Positions 19,978 through 32,100 of a DNA stretch of 64,000 nucleotides are shown here, piece after piece. The position numbers and the translations under genes were made by a program. The DNA is from a virus (Duplodnaviria; Heunggongvirae; Uroviricota; Caudoviricetes). A model generated the notes under the pieces. The model searched no databases, had not been told where the DNA came from, and was given only the letters and a program-made list of their open reading frames with translations. The stretch spans positions 1 to 64,000 of IMG/VR virus record IMGVR_UViG_3300031555_002194. The stretch is one strand, 5' to 3'. Positions within the stretch are counted from its first letter, which is position 1. Each line of letters starts with the position of its first letter.

Positions 19978-20796
19978 TTATTTTCGCAACTTGTTTTTCA
20001 TTATTAATTCTGAATCATATAATGTTACAGTGTTATTACCCAATATTTTTTTAATACGACCAAGGTCTATTAATAGTTTTTTCAGTTCGTCAATATTTAA
20101 ACTACATTTATGATCAGAACCTTCCATGTTTTTATCTAGCGTAATATGCCGCTCAATCAATTCGGCGCCCAAAGACATAGCGACAATTGTAGGCAATGTA
20201 TCAACTTCATGACCACTATATCCAACCTTTAGATGCGGATATTTTTTTTGATATGATGTTATAACATTAAGATCAAGTTCATTATCTAAAGCAGGGTATG
20301 TGCTGTTACAATGCATAATTCCACACAGATTATTTAGTGCAGATATTGCATTTTTAATTTCTTCTTCTGTACTCATTCCATCTGAAATAATTACAGGTAC
20401 GCCCCATTCGTTAACCGCATTTAACAATTCCATATCTGTAATACACGCACTTGGTATTTTAACAAATGGGATGTCATCAGTATATCTTTTCATAAATTCA
20501 ACACTGTCAACATCCCACACGCTTACCGTCCATTGGATACCATTTTTTTTACAGTAATCATTGATAATATCATATTCAGTTTGATCAAACTCAACATCAT
20601 ATTTGTATTCCAAATATGTCATTTCTTCATTTTTCCAGATGCGTTTTTGTGTTTTTTGATGTTCTGGAACACAAACATCTGGATTCCGTTTTTGAAATTT
20701 AACAACATCAACACCACAGCGTTTCGCTTCTTTGATGAGTTGTAAAGCGATATTTAAATCGCCATTATGATTGATGCCAATTTCTCCAATAAACAT
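19978..20796 (-). CDS. NeuB-family nonulosonic acid (sialic/Kdn-like) synthase, TIM-barrel domain only
   Basis: MFIGEIGINHNGDLNIALQLIKEAKRCGVDVVKFQ, VGYSGHE and ERHITLDK closely follow the NeuB/PseI/LegI consensus. The C-terminal SAF domain is absent. Confidence 0.8.
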   Translation of the reverse strand: MFIGEIGINHNGDLNIALQLIKEAKRCGVDVVKFQKRNPDVCVPEHQKTQKRIWKNEEMTYLEYKYDVEFDQTEYDIINDYCKKNGIQWTVSVWDVDSVEFMKRYTDDIPFVKIPSACITDMELLNAVNEWGVPVIISDGMSTEEEIKNAISALNNLCGIMHCNSTYPALDNELDLNVITSYQKKYPHLKVGYSGHEVDTLPTIVAMSLGAELIERHITLDKNMEGSDHKCSLNIDELKKLLIDLGRIKKILGNNTVTLYDSELIMKNKLRK

Positions 20797-20843
20797 ATTA
20801 TAATCTCCTTTTATTCCTTATAAATTAAAATTTGTTTTACAAA

Positions 20844-22082
20844 TTAAAAAGTTCCCCATTCAATTGCGGCTTCAACAACTTCGTCAACATATGTTATATC
20901 AGCTTTATTGGCAATTTCACCAAGTCGTTTATCTTCAGAATAATTAGTAGAAATTAATGCAATAGTAATATTTTTACTTGTTGCTAAATCAAAATCTTCC
21001 TGACTTAACAGATTGTATGTATGTGGAGAAACAGATATTGTGATTGCGCTTGTATTTGCCGCAGAAGAAACAATATAAGAAATAGAATCATAATCTACAG
21101 GCGACCATGAAATATTTAAATTAACTTTAAGATTTTTAATATACAATCTTCTTAAAGAAGGACAGCTACCAAAAGCTTCTCTCCAGCTGCCAGATTTGGC
21201 ACCAAAGTTAGTTGTATTAACTGCATCAAAAGTACCAGCACACTCAATGTTTCTTGCGTCAAACATCAGACCTCTACAATCTTTTGGTAATGTAATAGTG
21301 AATCTAGAAGAATCATGACCGGGGAAACCAACAACTCTTGCCCCATAATAGCTAAATGCTTGAGTTGCCCATGTTGCTTGCGCAAAACTATCTTTATACA
21401 ATTGATTACTCCAGTTAGGGTCACTGTTTACGCCAAATGCAAGGTAAAAAGACTTAAATGTGTTTTCAGGAATAGTTGAATAACACAGAGGTAGTTGGGT
21501 ACTACTACATAGTGTATAGTTCGTTCTTTTGCTAACATCACTGATGTATGGATTATCGCTCCAAAAAATACAGTTTGTATATTGTGCAAATTGCACTTGA
21601 TAAGCACCTTGGTTGCCTTGGCTCCATTTAGAATACATAGCCTCATCATTCATATCAAACAGAATATTTGAGAACAATTTAACACCTTCAAGCCAAGGAT
21701 AATATGTTGCTAAAGCGCCGGGGAATGAAGTTAATGATAAAATAGAATTCTCAGATACTGTAACAATTTCAAATGTATCACCTTCAGCAAATGTGATTTC
21801 AACATTTGAGTTTGCAGGGTATACTTTGGAAATACCGTTGGTAACAACCGCTACATCTTCAATACAATAAAAGCCTAATACTGTATTTGAACTTAATTTT
21901 TGATACAAATTTTCAACATATTCTTTGCTTGCTTTTGTTTCGTCTAGTGATCTGATAGATGCATCAACAGTATCTTTGTACAAAGAACCATCTTCGTTAA
22001 ACACTTGAGAAGATAAAGTTTTAGGCGCAATTTTTGTTTGTTCGTTGTCTGTTAACCAACGAACCTTGATGTTTTCATTCAT
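20844..22082 (-). CDS. tail fibre / receptor-binding protein
   Basis: N-terminus MNENIKVRWLTDNEQTKIAPKTLSSQV resembles conserved tail-fibre N-termini. The body is Ser/Thr/Asn-rich and β-strand-like. Confidence 0.5.
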   Translation of the reverse strand: MNENIKVRWLTDNEQTKIAPKTLSSQVFNEDGSLYKDTVDASIRSLDETKASKEYVENLYQKLSSNTVLGFYCIEDVAVVTNGISKVYPANSNVEITFAEGDTFEIVTVSENSILSLTSFPGALATYYPWLEGVKLFSNILFDMNDEAMYSKWSQGNQGAYQVQFAQYTNCIFWSDNPYISDVSKRTNYTLCSSTQLPLCYSTIPENTFKSFYLAFGVNSDPNWSNQLYKDSFAQATWATQAFSYYGARVVGFPGHDSSRFTITLPKDCRGLMFDARNIECAGTFDAVNTTNFGAKSGSWREAFGSCPSLRRLYIKNLKVNLNISWSPVDYDSISYIVSSAANTSAITISVSPHTYNLLSQEDFDLATSKNITIALISTNYSEDKRLGEIANKADITYVDEVVEAAIEWGTF

Positions 22083-22096
22083 TTATTAACCCTCCT

Positions 22097-23260
22097 TTAT
22101 TCAAAGCGTTTGAAGAATAAGAAGGTTTCTTCGCACACGGGTTTAATTTCAATTTCAGTACCATCATAGGCAATTGTATTGCCTACTGGATTGGGTACAG
22201 GATCTCCAACATAAGCGGTTTCGTGTCCGCCTGTTTCATATAGTTTTAAATAAGCGGTGCCACCAGCATTTTGAATACTTTTAATAAATGCTTCTGTTGG
22301 TTCGTAGCGAACTGTATCATCGTCCATACAATGCCAGAATTTAACTGGGCAACGATAATGTCTATATTCAAGACCATCAGCTCCAGTAGTGACATTGCAT
22401 TTCATTGGATTGTAACCCATGATTTTCTTTTCATCATAAATCCATTTTAATCTATCTTTAGTAGATGTTGATTCTGGATCTAAATCAAATCCGTAAACAT
22501 TGGCTAAAACTGCGCCGGGGCCATTTACAGAACACCAAGGCCAAGGATCAAGCCAAATCTGGTTATAAGTGTCTAACACAGGACTCCAACCAGCCTGTGC
22601 CAAAACAGGAATATGGCTATGTAAAACAATGTTGGTTGTAGTGATGCCACCTTCAGAAATACCAACTAAGAATACTTCTGGATGGAAATTAAAGTTTTCC
22701 ATTGCGTAATTGTATGCTTTAATATGGCTTTGAATTGCAATGAAAGAACCAACAGAGTCCTGAAGTCTTAGATTTCCTTTCTCAATCGCATATTGTTCTG
22801 GTAATCCGTTAACATCCATTACGGCATATCCATTTGCAACCAAATATCTTGAAATAGATTGGAATTCAGCCTGAGAACTATCTGCTGTAACTGTACCACC
22901 GCCACCATGTGCGCTAATTACAAGACGAGTTTTTTTGCCTTTATCTGTATAAGAATCAGGGAAAATTAACACACCATAATCAGTGTATGGTTGATAGCTG
23001 TCATTAAACTCTGGGCCAAGATTGTCTTCTGGAATATACATGGGGGCGCAATTTACTTCAACTGTAAAGCGATGAATTGTTCCTGCATATTTAGATCCAG
23101 TTTCTGCAACAACAATGTCTTCATCATCTTCTTCACTAATAAAAGCAACATTTTCTTTGTCTGCTTTATATAAAAGTTCTTTATCAAGTTCCTCTTTTAA
23201 TGTGGTTACACCATTATAATCGAGAAATTTATATTGATTTATCATAAAATTCTCCTCCAA
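22097..23260 (-). CDS. α/β-hydrolase esterase of the HSL family (HGGG + GxSxG)
   Basis: Oxyanion motif SAHGGGG and nucleophile elbow GISEGG. Located among the fibre genes. Confidence 0.6.
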   Translation of the reverse strand: MEENFMINQYKFLDYNGVTTLKEELDKELLYKADKENVAFISEEDDEDIVVAETGSKYAGTIHRFTVEVNCAPMYIPEDNLGPEFNDSYQPYTDYGVLIFPDSYTDKGKKTRLVISAHGGGGTVTADSSQAEFQSISRYLVANGYAVMDVNGLPEQYAIEKGNLRLQDSVGSFIAIQSHIKAYNYAMENFNFHPEVFLVGISEGGITTTNIVLHSHIPVLAQAGWSPVLDTYNQIWLDPWPWCSVNGPGAVLANVYGFDLDPESTSTKDRLKWIYDEKKIMGYNPMKCNVTTGADGLEYRHYRCPVKFWHCMDDDTVRYEPTEAFIKSIQNAGGTAYLKLYETGGHETAYVGDPVPNPVGNTIAYDGTEIEIKPVCEETFLFFKRFE

Positions 23261-23265
23261 TATAA

Positions 23266-23300
23266 TGTTAAAAAGAAAAGGGCAGTTTTTACACTGCCCA
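23266..23300 (-). terminator. hairpin terminator downstream of the coiled-coil fibre gene
   Basis: GGGCAGTgtaaaaACTGCCC followed by TTTTCTTTTT on the − strand. Confidence 0.5.
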
Positions 23301-23323
23301 ATTCTAACAATTTAATAAGACTA

Positions 23324-24868
23324 TTATGCAAACAGAGCTTTGATGTCATCTTCAGCGATAGCTTCAACACTATGTACTACAGTTTCCAGAGTGTCGATTC
23401 TACCAGACAGAGCTTCTTCTGCTGCTGTAGCTCTATTTGTTTCAACCAGAACATCAGCATCGATAGCAGCGTCTGCTTCTTCTTTTGTGTAGTAGCCAGC
23501 AAATTTAGCGTCAACGCCATTGATTATTTCTGTCAGTTCAGATTTCAGTGCAGCGTCCAGTTCAGCAGCTTTTGCTTCAGCATCAGACTGTGCTTTAGAT
23601 TCAGCAGCCATAGCTCTTTCTTTTTCAGCTTCTACCAGAGCTGTCATGTCTTCAACAACTTTTGCGTCTGCTGCTTTGTAAGCTGTATCCATATCGGAGA
23701 TAGCTTTTTCATTAGCAGCGATTCTTTCGATTGCACCATTCAGGGCTTCAACAGTTGCATAGTCACCAATTTTCAGAGCTTCGATTGCTTTCTGAACATA
23801 AGCAACAACTGTAGCTTCTTCGCCCTCGCCGCCAATACCATCAACGATTGCTTCCAGAGCAGCTACTTTACCAACGATTACATCAGCTTCCGCAGCTTCG
23901 GACGTGATGTATGTCTGCAGTTCTTTCAGGCTATCCAGAGCTTCGTCCAGTGTTTGACCATCTTCCAGTTTCATGAAAGCGTCCATTCTAGCTTTTTCAG
24001 CTTCGATAGCTGCTTCCAGTTCAGCGTCTTTTTCATCCAGAGCTGCTTTTTCAACGGATGTCAGATAGTCATCTTCGATTGCTTTCACACGAGCATCGTT
24101 ATCTGTTTTGTACTGTGTCAGCGCTGCATCGATACCATCAGCTTTTTCATCTACTTCTGCAATATCTTCTGCGATTGCTGCTTCAGCTTCTGCTCTCAGG
24201 CCTGCTTCTGCTTCAACAGCTGCTTGGATAGCTTCTGCAATAGCAGTTGCTGTCATAGCATCTGTGATACCATAACCTTCCAGTGTTGTTGCTTTATCAG
24301 CTTTGCCTGCAACAGCCGCATCATTAGATTCAATGTAAGAATCCAGAGCACCCTGAACTTCTTCAGCAGCGCCTTTTGCTTCATATGTATTTGCCAGATC
24401 CAGAGCTTCGATTGCATCTTCGATAGCTTCAGTGATGGAGCCAACGGAACCTTCTTCGTCACCTGTCAGTGCAGAAACGATTGCTTTCAGGTCAACGATG
24501 TCACCTTCAGCATCTGCCACTCTGCCCATTACTGTTTCGCCTTCACCAAGTGCTGTTACACCAACTTTTGCGGATAGTGCGTCAATATTACCATTGATAG
24601 TTTCGATAAAACCATCAATCTGTTCTGTTGTGTAGTAGTCATAAGGCAGTTCAATGCTAAATGCAGCCTGTGCTTCGCCTACAGGAGCATCTACTGTATA
24701 GAAGTGCATTGTAGAAACGCCTGTTGTTTCATCTTTAGAGATGGATACAGTTTTGATGCTGGACGCTGTTGCATCGCTAATCTGACCTTCTACCCAAGAT
24801 TTTAGTTCACCATGATATGTTGTCAGGTTTTCCAGTGTCATGAAATTGAATGTTTTGATTTCTGCCAT
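23324..24868 (-). CDS. Ala/Glu-rich coiled-coil fibre protein (fibritin-like architecture)
   Basis: 514 aa with long heptad-like AEAEAA/ALDEKDAELEAAIEAEKA segments. Its GC-rich codons contrast with the AT-rich genome. It generates a long Cys/Phe-rich shadow ORF on the + strand. Confidence 0.5.
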   Translation of the reverse strand: MAEIKTFNFMTLENLTTYHGELKSWVEGQISDATASSIKTVSISKDETTGVSTMHFYTVDAPVGEAQAAFSIELPYDYYTTEQIDGFIETINGNIDALSAKVGVTALGEGETVMGRVADAEGDIVDLKAIVSALTGDEEGSVGSITEAIEDAIEALDLANTYEAKGAAEEVQGALDSYIESNDAAVAGKADKATTLEGYGITDAMTATAIAEAIQAAVEAEAGLRAEAEAAIAEDIAEVDEKADGIDAALTQYKTDNDARVKAIEDDYLTSVEKAALDEKDAELEAAIEAEKARMDAFMKLEDGQTLDEALDSLKELQTYITSEAAEADVIVGKVAALEAIVDGIGGEGEEATVVAYVQKAIEALKIGDYATVEALNGAIERIAANEKAISDMDTAYKAADAKVVEDMTALVEAEKERAMAAESKAQSDAEAKAAELDAALKSELTEIINGVDAKFAGYYTKEEADAAIDADVLVETNRATAAEEALSGRIDTLETVVHSVEAIAEDDIKALFA

Positions 24869-24947
24869 AATAAATGACCTCCTAAATTAAAATAAAATAG
24901 TAAAATAGTAACTATATAAAAACACTCAAGGTGTCTTTATTTATAAA

Positions 24948-25820
24948 TTATTCAAAAAGATTTGCAATGTCGTTGTGTTCAATATCATACAGTCTTTCAG
25001 CAAATGCCTCGTCGATCTTTTGATCAAACTGTTGAGCAATTGTTTCTTCGACAATGTCATTGATTTCTGCTTTTAAGTATCCTGCAACATATGCTTCTAC
25101 TTCGTCTTTTGTTAGAAAATCTTGTGCGGACATCCACTGTTCTGTGATATATTTATCTGTTTCGCAGTGGAAATCTTTGTCCAGAATAAATCTTACAATT
25201 TGTTTACCAGATACTTTTGTAACAAAAATATCTGTGCCAGAGTGTTCAACTGTAAACAGCGCATCTTTACTTCCAGAATGAATTGCTTCATAATCTCCAC
25301 CGATAACATACTGTCCAGTAATACAATAAACACCATCTTCTAATTCAGATACGATAATTGCATTAGAAAGACTGCCATATAAATGCAGAATAGGTTTGTC
25401 TTCTAAATCTGCATATTTACGATTATTGATATAATCAATAACATTTTCTGCTTCACCATAATCACCGATCTTACCATTGATAACAGTGACTACATCATCC
25501 ATCTTTGCGTAAGAGTCCAAGGAAATGCTATTGATAATTTCTTGTTTCAGTGCATCAACTGTTGCGGCATCCAGCCCAATTTCAACAGCCCATAAATTTT
25601 TTGCACCATTCTTGAAATACAATACATTGTTGCTATATACGACTTCTGTAATTTGATCGTAGCCACAAATAGGGACAAGCACACCAGCTTGTGTTACCCA
25701 CGCAAAAGATTGACTCTCTTCAATAAAACAAACAGCGGGATATCTTAGATAACCTCTGTCTAAACTCTGCTGTGCAACCTCATGAGTTGAAGCGTGATAA
25801 TATTGAGGTATAAGAGCCAT
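24948..25820 (-). CDS. hypothetical structural protein
   Basis: 290-aa ORF with a TAA stop. Confidence 0.45.
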   Translation of the reverse strand: MALIPQYYHASTHEVAQQSLDRGYLRYPAVCFIEESQSFAWVTQAGVLVPICGYDQITEVVYSNNVLYFKNGAKNLWAVEIGLDAATVDALKQEIINSISLDSYAKMDDVVTVINGKIGDYGEAENVIDYINNRKYADLEDKPILHLYGSLSNAIIVSELEDGVYCITGQYVIGGDYEAIHSGSKDALFTVEHSGTDIFVTKVSGKQIVRFILDKDFHCETDKYITEQWMSAQDFLTKDEVEAYVAGYLKAEINDIVEETIAQQFDQKIDEAFAERLYDIEHNDIANLFE

Positions 25821-25823
25821 ATT

Positions 25824-26096
25824 TTATCCCTCCGTTTCTAATTGTTTTTTTAATTTGACATAAGTGGACTCTGAAATTTCTTCAATATGATATTCGGTAT
25901 TGTCTGGCTGAAAATTATACAAACCATCAATATGAAAGCATTTTTGTCCATCAGATGATAATACAGCCTCTGCAATTTCCTGTTCACATAGCAGTACAGC
26001 ATTGTGTTTTTGCTGATATCGCACATATTGAAGTTGTGACAACAAGTCCACAACATTATCGTTTAAAGTGATTTTCCAAAACATAACTGCCTCCAA
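25824..26096 (-). CDS. hypothetical protein
   Basis: 90-aa ORF. Confidence 0.4.
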   Translation of the reverse strand: MEAVMFWKITLNDNVVDLLSQLQYVRYQQKHNAVLLCEQEIAEAVLSSDGQKCFHIDGLYNFQPDNTEYHIEEISESTYVKLKKQLETEG

Positions 26097-26103
26097 TTAA
26101 AAA

Positions 26104-26133
26104 AAGAGGGTCATTAAGACCCTCCGTTTCTTT
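26104..26133 (-). terminator. hairpin terminator after the giant fibre gene
   Basis: GGGTC/GACCC stem flanked by A/T runs. Confidence 0.45.
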
Positions 26134-29100
26134 TTACACGCCAAAGGAGAACATTAATAGAACACCATATTTATTAGTGTTTGGTGATTTGATATTGTAA
26201 GTAGTACCATCTGCTTGAACCAGCCACCAATAAGATGTAGAAGCCACATTAGGAGAGCGAGTCCAATATTCTTCATAAACATCTGGCGTATCTACTTTCG
26301 CTCTTTTTCTCATTGTAGGATTTGTTATATAAGAAACACATCCGTTGGTTTCGTATGAATATGGTTCTGTATTTTTTGAATTATCCAAATCATACACAGC
26401 TGGAATGTAGAAGTAACAATTAGAGTTAGACACTTCGGACGATTTATCACCAACTGAAGAACTAACGACAACTGGTTTGATTAGCGCTTTCCATAGAGGG
26501 GAAATTGCCTTAACCAATCTTGTATTCAGCTTTCTATTCAATACTGAATCTGCCCAACCACCAGAGTTACTACTTGTTTCATAGATGATAGAGTTCATGC
26601 TCATCAGATTTGTTGCCAAGAATGTCATTTTTGACATTTTTGTATGTTCGTTTGCTAAATAGTGTGCTCTAAATTTAGCCAATTCCATAGGGATAACTTC
26701 GTGAGTCCATTGAGCAATGTCAGAACATACTTTGTCGCCAAGATCAGCTTTCCACAGTTTGCACCAATAAATAGTACCTTTACAGTGTTTTTCAATAAAA
26801 CCGTCATCGGCTTTTGCTGCGCCAAGAATTAAAGAATAATTATGTTCTGGAACTCTCGGTGCTACTAATGTCTCAATTGAAATATCTTCTTGGCTAATAT
26901 TACTCATGTAAACATGAACAGTATTGCTGCCTGCCTCATGTCTCAGCACAAGCATTTCTCTATTTGTTCCATTTGCAGGAATAGCGGTTTTGTTGTTCCA
27001 AGCCAATTTTACACCAGTGTAAGAATTGTATAGTTTAAAACCATTCATGCCATTATTTTGCATACACTGCATCAAAGTAGCACCATCTGCATTTCCTTCT
27101 GCAAATGAGAAATCACATGCTAATGTCCAAGAACAATCAGTTTCCATTAATACAATACCAGTGTCAATAAAGTTCGAGCCATCAAAATCAGTTTTTTCGT
27201 TGATAATAACAGTTTCTTCGATATCATCTGCGTGGAAATCATGACCAATTTCAAAATTGATACTATCTTTGATTGTTAGCACATCTTGTTCTAGGCCAAG
27301 TTTCATCATTGCATAAATTTCAACTTTGCTCATTTCAGAAAGTTCTTTGTTGTCAAAGCATCCTTCTGAGTATTCAAACGAATCAAATACCGCATTAATA
27401 TTTTTGTTGCCATCAACTAGTCCACTATTGTCCCAGTGGCTGAACAGATAATATTTATATGCAGATTCTTCTGCTGTATACAGTGGCAGATCTTCATCGT
27501 AAGGTACTATAGACCCGTAAGGGGCTGTTGTTGTTTGTAGAACTGTGCCTTTAGATGAATATGTCACAACATAATTTCTGACACTTTCAGAATAAGTTGC
27601 TTTAACAACTTTATCGCTAAATACCTGTCCTGTTAATGGAGTATCCCATTCTTTAAATGTAAAGTTTGTGCTTACTGTACTTTCTAAAGTAGGGGTAGGA
27701 ATAGGGTTGTCAGTTCTAGTCAGAGGATCTACTGCGTATCCACCTTTATCTACATATTGTACATCCAGTATAGTTTCATTATCGTCTGCGTTCACAAAAG
27801 TAACTGTAAACTGATTTACTAATGTATTGTAAGTAATATTTAAATCACTCCACGCATCTTTATAAATTTGTAGACTCTTTTCTTTTGCAACTGTTGTATG
27901 TACAGTACCAGTTAAGATGGACTGATCAACTGTGTAACCAGAAGAGTCAACACCTCTGAATGTTAACATTCTATCTAAGATAGATGTGTTTTCCAGATTA
28001 TAACTTGCATCCCAGTTCATATTGATTAAACGCAATGTGTTTAACATAGGTGCGTTATTGATGATATTGTATGTGTTCACTGCTGGTGTATTTTCCACAA
28101 TTAAGAACTGAAGATTGTTATATCCAGACATCTCAAATGTTTCCAGATAATTCAGATTCTTCATTGTTAGAGAGATTACTGCAGGAATGTATGCAGACAC
28201 AAGTTTTCCACCATTAGCAAAAATGATACCTGTTGCACCGGAGTTTTCAGCTCTAAGCTCAACCAGATTGTTACATTGAGATAGGTCAACAACAGAGTTG
28301 ATTCCAGTTGTATTTCTGATATCCAGATATTCAAGCAATTTGTTATTGCCAAGTGTCAGCTGTGTTAGATATGTGTTAGCATATCCATTTGCATCACTAC
28401 CAATTACAAGGCTCTGCAGTCTGGATGCTTTAGAGAAGTCATTATCACCAATATAACATTTAGATAGATCGCCAATTGCCTGAATGAAGCTTGCACCATA
28501 AATCAGTGTAATATCTGCTGTGTCGCCATCATAAGGAATTGTGTATTCTACACCAGCTTTTGCTCTAAAGTTTGTAGGTGTTGTGTTGCCACGCTTAACA
28601 CCAAGGTACATGTCAGAATATGGTGTAATATACAGTGTGAAATCCTGTTTAATTGCGGCACCAACGGGGTTGTTGAAACGCATCATAATTTGGTCTGCAG
28701 TTGCTGTCGTACCAAAGTATTTTGTTGCAAAATACAACTCCTGATTGCGTTCAAACATTCTACGCTGATATTTTTTACGGCCATTCAGCATTTCTTCTAA
28801 GAAACGAGGTGTTTGTGCGCCTTCGATAGAGTTATCAATAGAAATACCAAGGTAAGTTCTCAGATATTTTCTTTGAATATCAAGTCTCCAAATTTCTTCG
28901 GGGAATTCACTTTGTGCTTTATCAAATTGTTCAATCAAACTTGTAGCACTCCACGCATTAGCACTTTCTCTGTTAACAAACATTGCTTGCAGCTCATCTT
29001 TAAACAGGTCACGGATTCTACAGAAGAATGTACTTTCTGCCGCGCGATAGATATAAGAAGAAGTAGGATCGCCATCTACATAATAGTCTGTATCTTCTTT

Positions 29101-32100
29101 ACCATATGTCAGAACCAGTTTGCCTACATTGTCAATACCTAAAGATGTGTCCATGTCATAGCCAAAACATAAGTCCCAGCGATATACACCATCATCACAT
29201 TTGCCATAATGCCAGAAAGAGTTTTTAGCTCTGTTATCTACCATTGTATATCTTTCTGTGAACAGGTAATAATATAGGGCGGAGTCAACGATAAAATATT
29301 CATGCAGACGATCATGAAATTCTTGGTCAGAAGATGTTACTACAAATTTGTAGAACTCTCTCCACGCATCAATATTTGCTTGACGCTGTTCGTCAGTAAT
29401 ACCTTTCTTTTCGTATCTAAATTCATAAGATTTAGAACCAAAAGATTTGAAAGAGTAAGTTGTTGTACCATCATCTTCAACTTCTGCTTCGTATTCATAT
29501 TCAGCATACAGTTTGTCGTATGCGTCATTTCCAGCTTTCCATTCACTCTCAGGACAAATTCCATCTTTACCAGTAGGGAATTCTGCCAAAACAACATCGT
29601 AGTCAGTAATTTCTACAATGCATTCTTTGGGGTCAGAATCATCATTCATTCTGGTTTTATCTGTCTTTTTGTCATCACCGATGTTACCAAGAGCGTAGTA
29701 ATGGTATGTGTCAGAGTCTTTAAATTCTCTGTGATTACTAATATTTGGATCATACTCACGAACAAAGATTACACAGTTGTAGAATTCCATTGTATCCTTA
29801 ACTTTAGGATCGTTGGCTTTAGCAGGGCGTACAACTGGGTTGAACTCATTATATCTACGAGCTAACTGTGCATTATTCTGGTTTTCAGAAGATGCAATGT
29901 TTACTTTAACATTATAGAACGCAGCGGGAACTGAGTTTCTAGTTAAAGTTACTTTATCTGTTTTTGTTTTACCATCACCCAGCGTAAACTCAGATTCATC
30001 ATTGTTCATAATCAGTCTCAGGTTTCTGCCAGCGTAACCGTATTCATTAGAGGATGTGCCCTGACCAGAGTGTGAAGCACCAGTACATACCCAGTTATCC
30101 AGTACGGGGTCGCCACCTTTATAAATCATCTGGATAGTTGTGTTGGGAACTTTGTCGTCTTTGTCATTTGTAAACCAAGGACAATCAATCAGAATGATTC
30201 TCAAGTCTGGACATTTTTCAGCCAGAACTTCAGGTTTCAGAACGCCATCTTCATAGATATCATTACGATTATAACGAGCAATCATTTCATCAGCATTTCG
30301 TGCGTCAGCAATAAAGTTAGACAAAATATCTCTGTCACTCAAACTTGCTGTGTAAGCCTTCATGCGATAGATATGAACATCACAGTCTGCGCTACCAATA
30401 GTGATAGGTTTTGCATTTAACTGCATGAAAGATGTATCTGCAGAATAAATCATTGGTCTATTGCCAACGCCATCTTCATATGTCAGCACCATAGGGATGT
30501 CTGTATCTTTATTGATATTAAATTCGAATTCGATAATATCTTCTTCACAATAAGGAGAGTACAGGCTCTTATTGCTAGAATAGATTGTTGCTCCTTCGAC
30601 TTTCATATCCAGACCAACGCCACTTTCCATGCATGATACGAATGATGTATCTCTGTTTCTTACATTGGTAGTTTTAAATACCAGTTTAAATTCTTTACCA
30701 TTTCTCTTAGGGTCATCGGAAAACAAATTGTAATTGATAATAGCATTTGTACCAGATTTTACACAGAAATACTGATCACCATTTTCATCAATCTGATATC
30801 CGCCATTTACCCAGTCGAAGTTGTCAGAAACAGTCATTGTAACATCACCATCAGACCACAATCTGTCAGCACCGTTATTAGTTCTGCCAATAGGGTTGAA
30901 GTCAAATGCAAGATTACCAAGAACAGGGGAAATAGTGATATCCAGTTCTTCAACTGTTACATTGATTGTTTTAACTGTGTCTCCGCATGTGATTGTTAAC
31001 ACATGATCGCCAACATCAGCTGTTTTATACTGCCATGTATTTACATTCTGTGTTAATGTTAGGTTAGATACAACATTGCCATCAACTGCTAGAGTTACTT
31101 TAGGTGTTTCCGTAGAAGGATCGTAAACTACATATTCAATATTTGTAGAGTCATACTGTTTTACAGTAATTTCAGGAGTTCTGCAACCAATTACAGGAAT
31201 ATCACTTTCTGAATCAAACCAGATAATATCTTTATAAATATGGTCTGGTTCAACATGTACATTATTCACTGTTGCTGTGATATATGCTTCTAAGAAATGT
31301 GCGCCATGTTCCTGTGCTGGCAGAGTGTAAGACATAGGAATGCCAGAAGCGGATGTTGTTACACTGGGTAGCTCTTCTCCATCTAAGATAAAATGAATCT
31401 CTTTAGAAATAGCACCGTAAGGTGTATATGCAAACGAAACATCTCCCATAGATTGAGGGAATGTATCATTAAAGTTTGATTCTAATTTAATATCGATTTT
31501 CTGAACAGTCCATGTTTTAGTAACAAGGCTTCCTGCACTATCAGTAATGCTTAATGTTAATTTCTGAGAACCTAAAGAAATAAATTCTGTTGCATCAAAT
31601 GTGTTTTCACCATCTGTTGCAATACCAGTAGCAATAACTCTATTTCCGATTCTCCATGTGTAATCGCCCTCAGATACAATATCGCCTGAAGAGTCTGTGC
31701 CAGAAAATCTATAAGTAATTTCCACCTTATCATCAACAGTAACGATAACAGGAGATGTAGTTACATATTCAATTTTCAGAACACTGCTTGTAGAAGATCC
31801 GCCGCCTCCAGCAATTTTGAAACTGCTTTTTGCAGTACGCACTTCATTGTCACCTTCGCCTTGAATTTCCCACAGAGTGTAAAGATATTCTTCATCATAT
31901 GTAGCTTCATATGTTGTCTTAGGAGAGTTATCAAAACTATTCATTGTTTCTTCTAACTCAACAACTTTTTCAGTGAGTGCTGTAATATTATCCTCATTAT
32001 TATCAACATCAGACTCAATAGCGCCTAACTTTGTATTGATAGAAGATTCTAATGCTGACACTTTTGTGTCAACAGAAGAACTGATAGACGCTAACTGAGA

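Noticed and set aside
23234-24577. 447-aa Cys/Phe/Ser-rich + strand ORF
   Set aside because: It is the antisense shadow of the GC-rich, Ala-codon-rich − strand gene 23324-24868 (GCN read backwards gives NGC). It has no RBS and a low-complexity translation.
29302-29865. + strand ORFs inside the giant fibre gene and the tape measure gene (for example 29302-29865 and 57808-58398)
   Set aside because: They are antisense to very long uninterrupted − strand genes and their translations are low-complexity.
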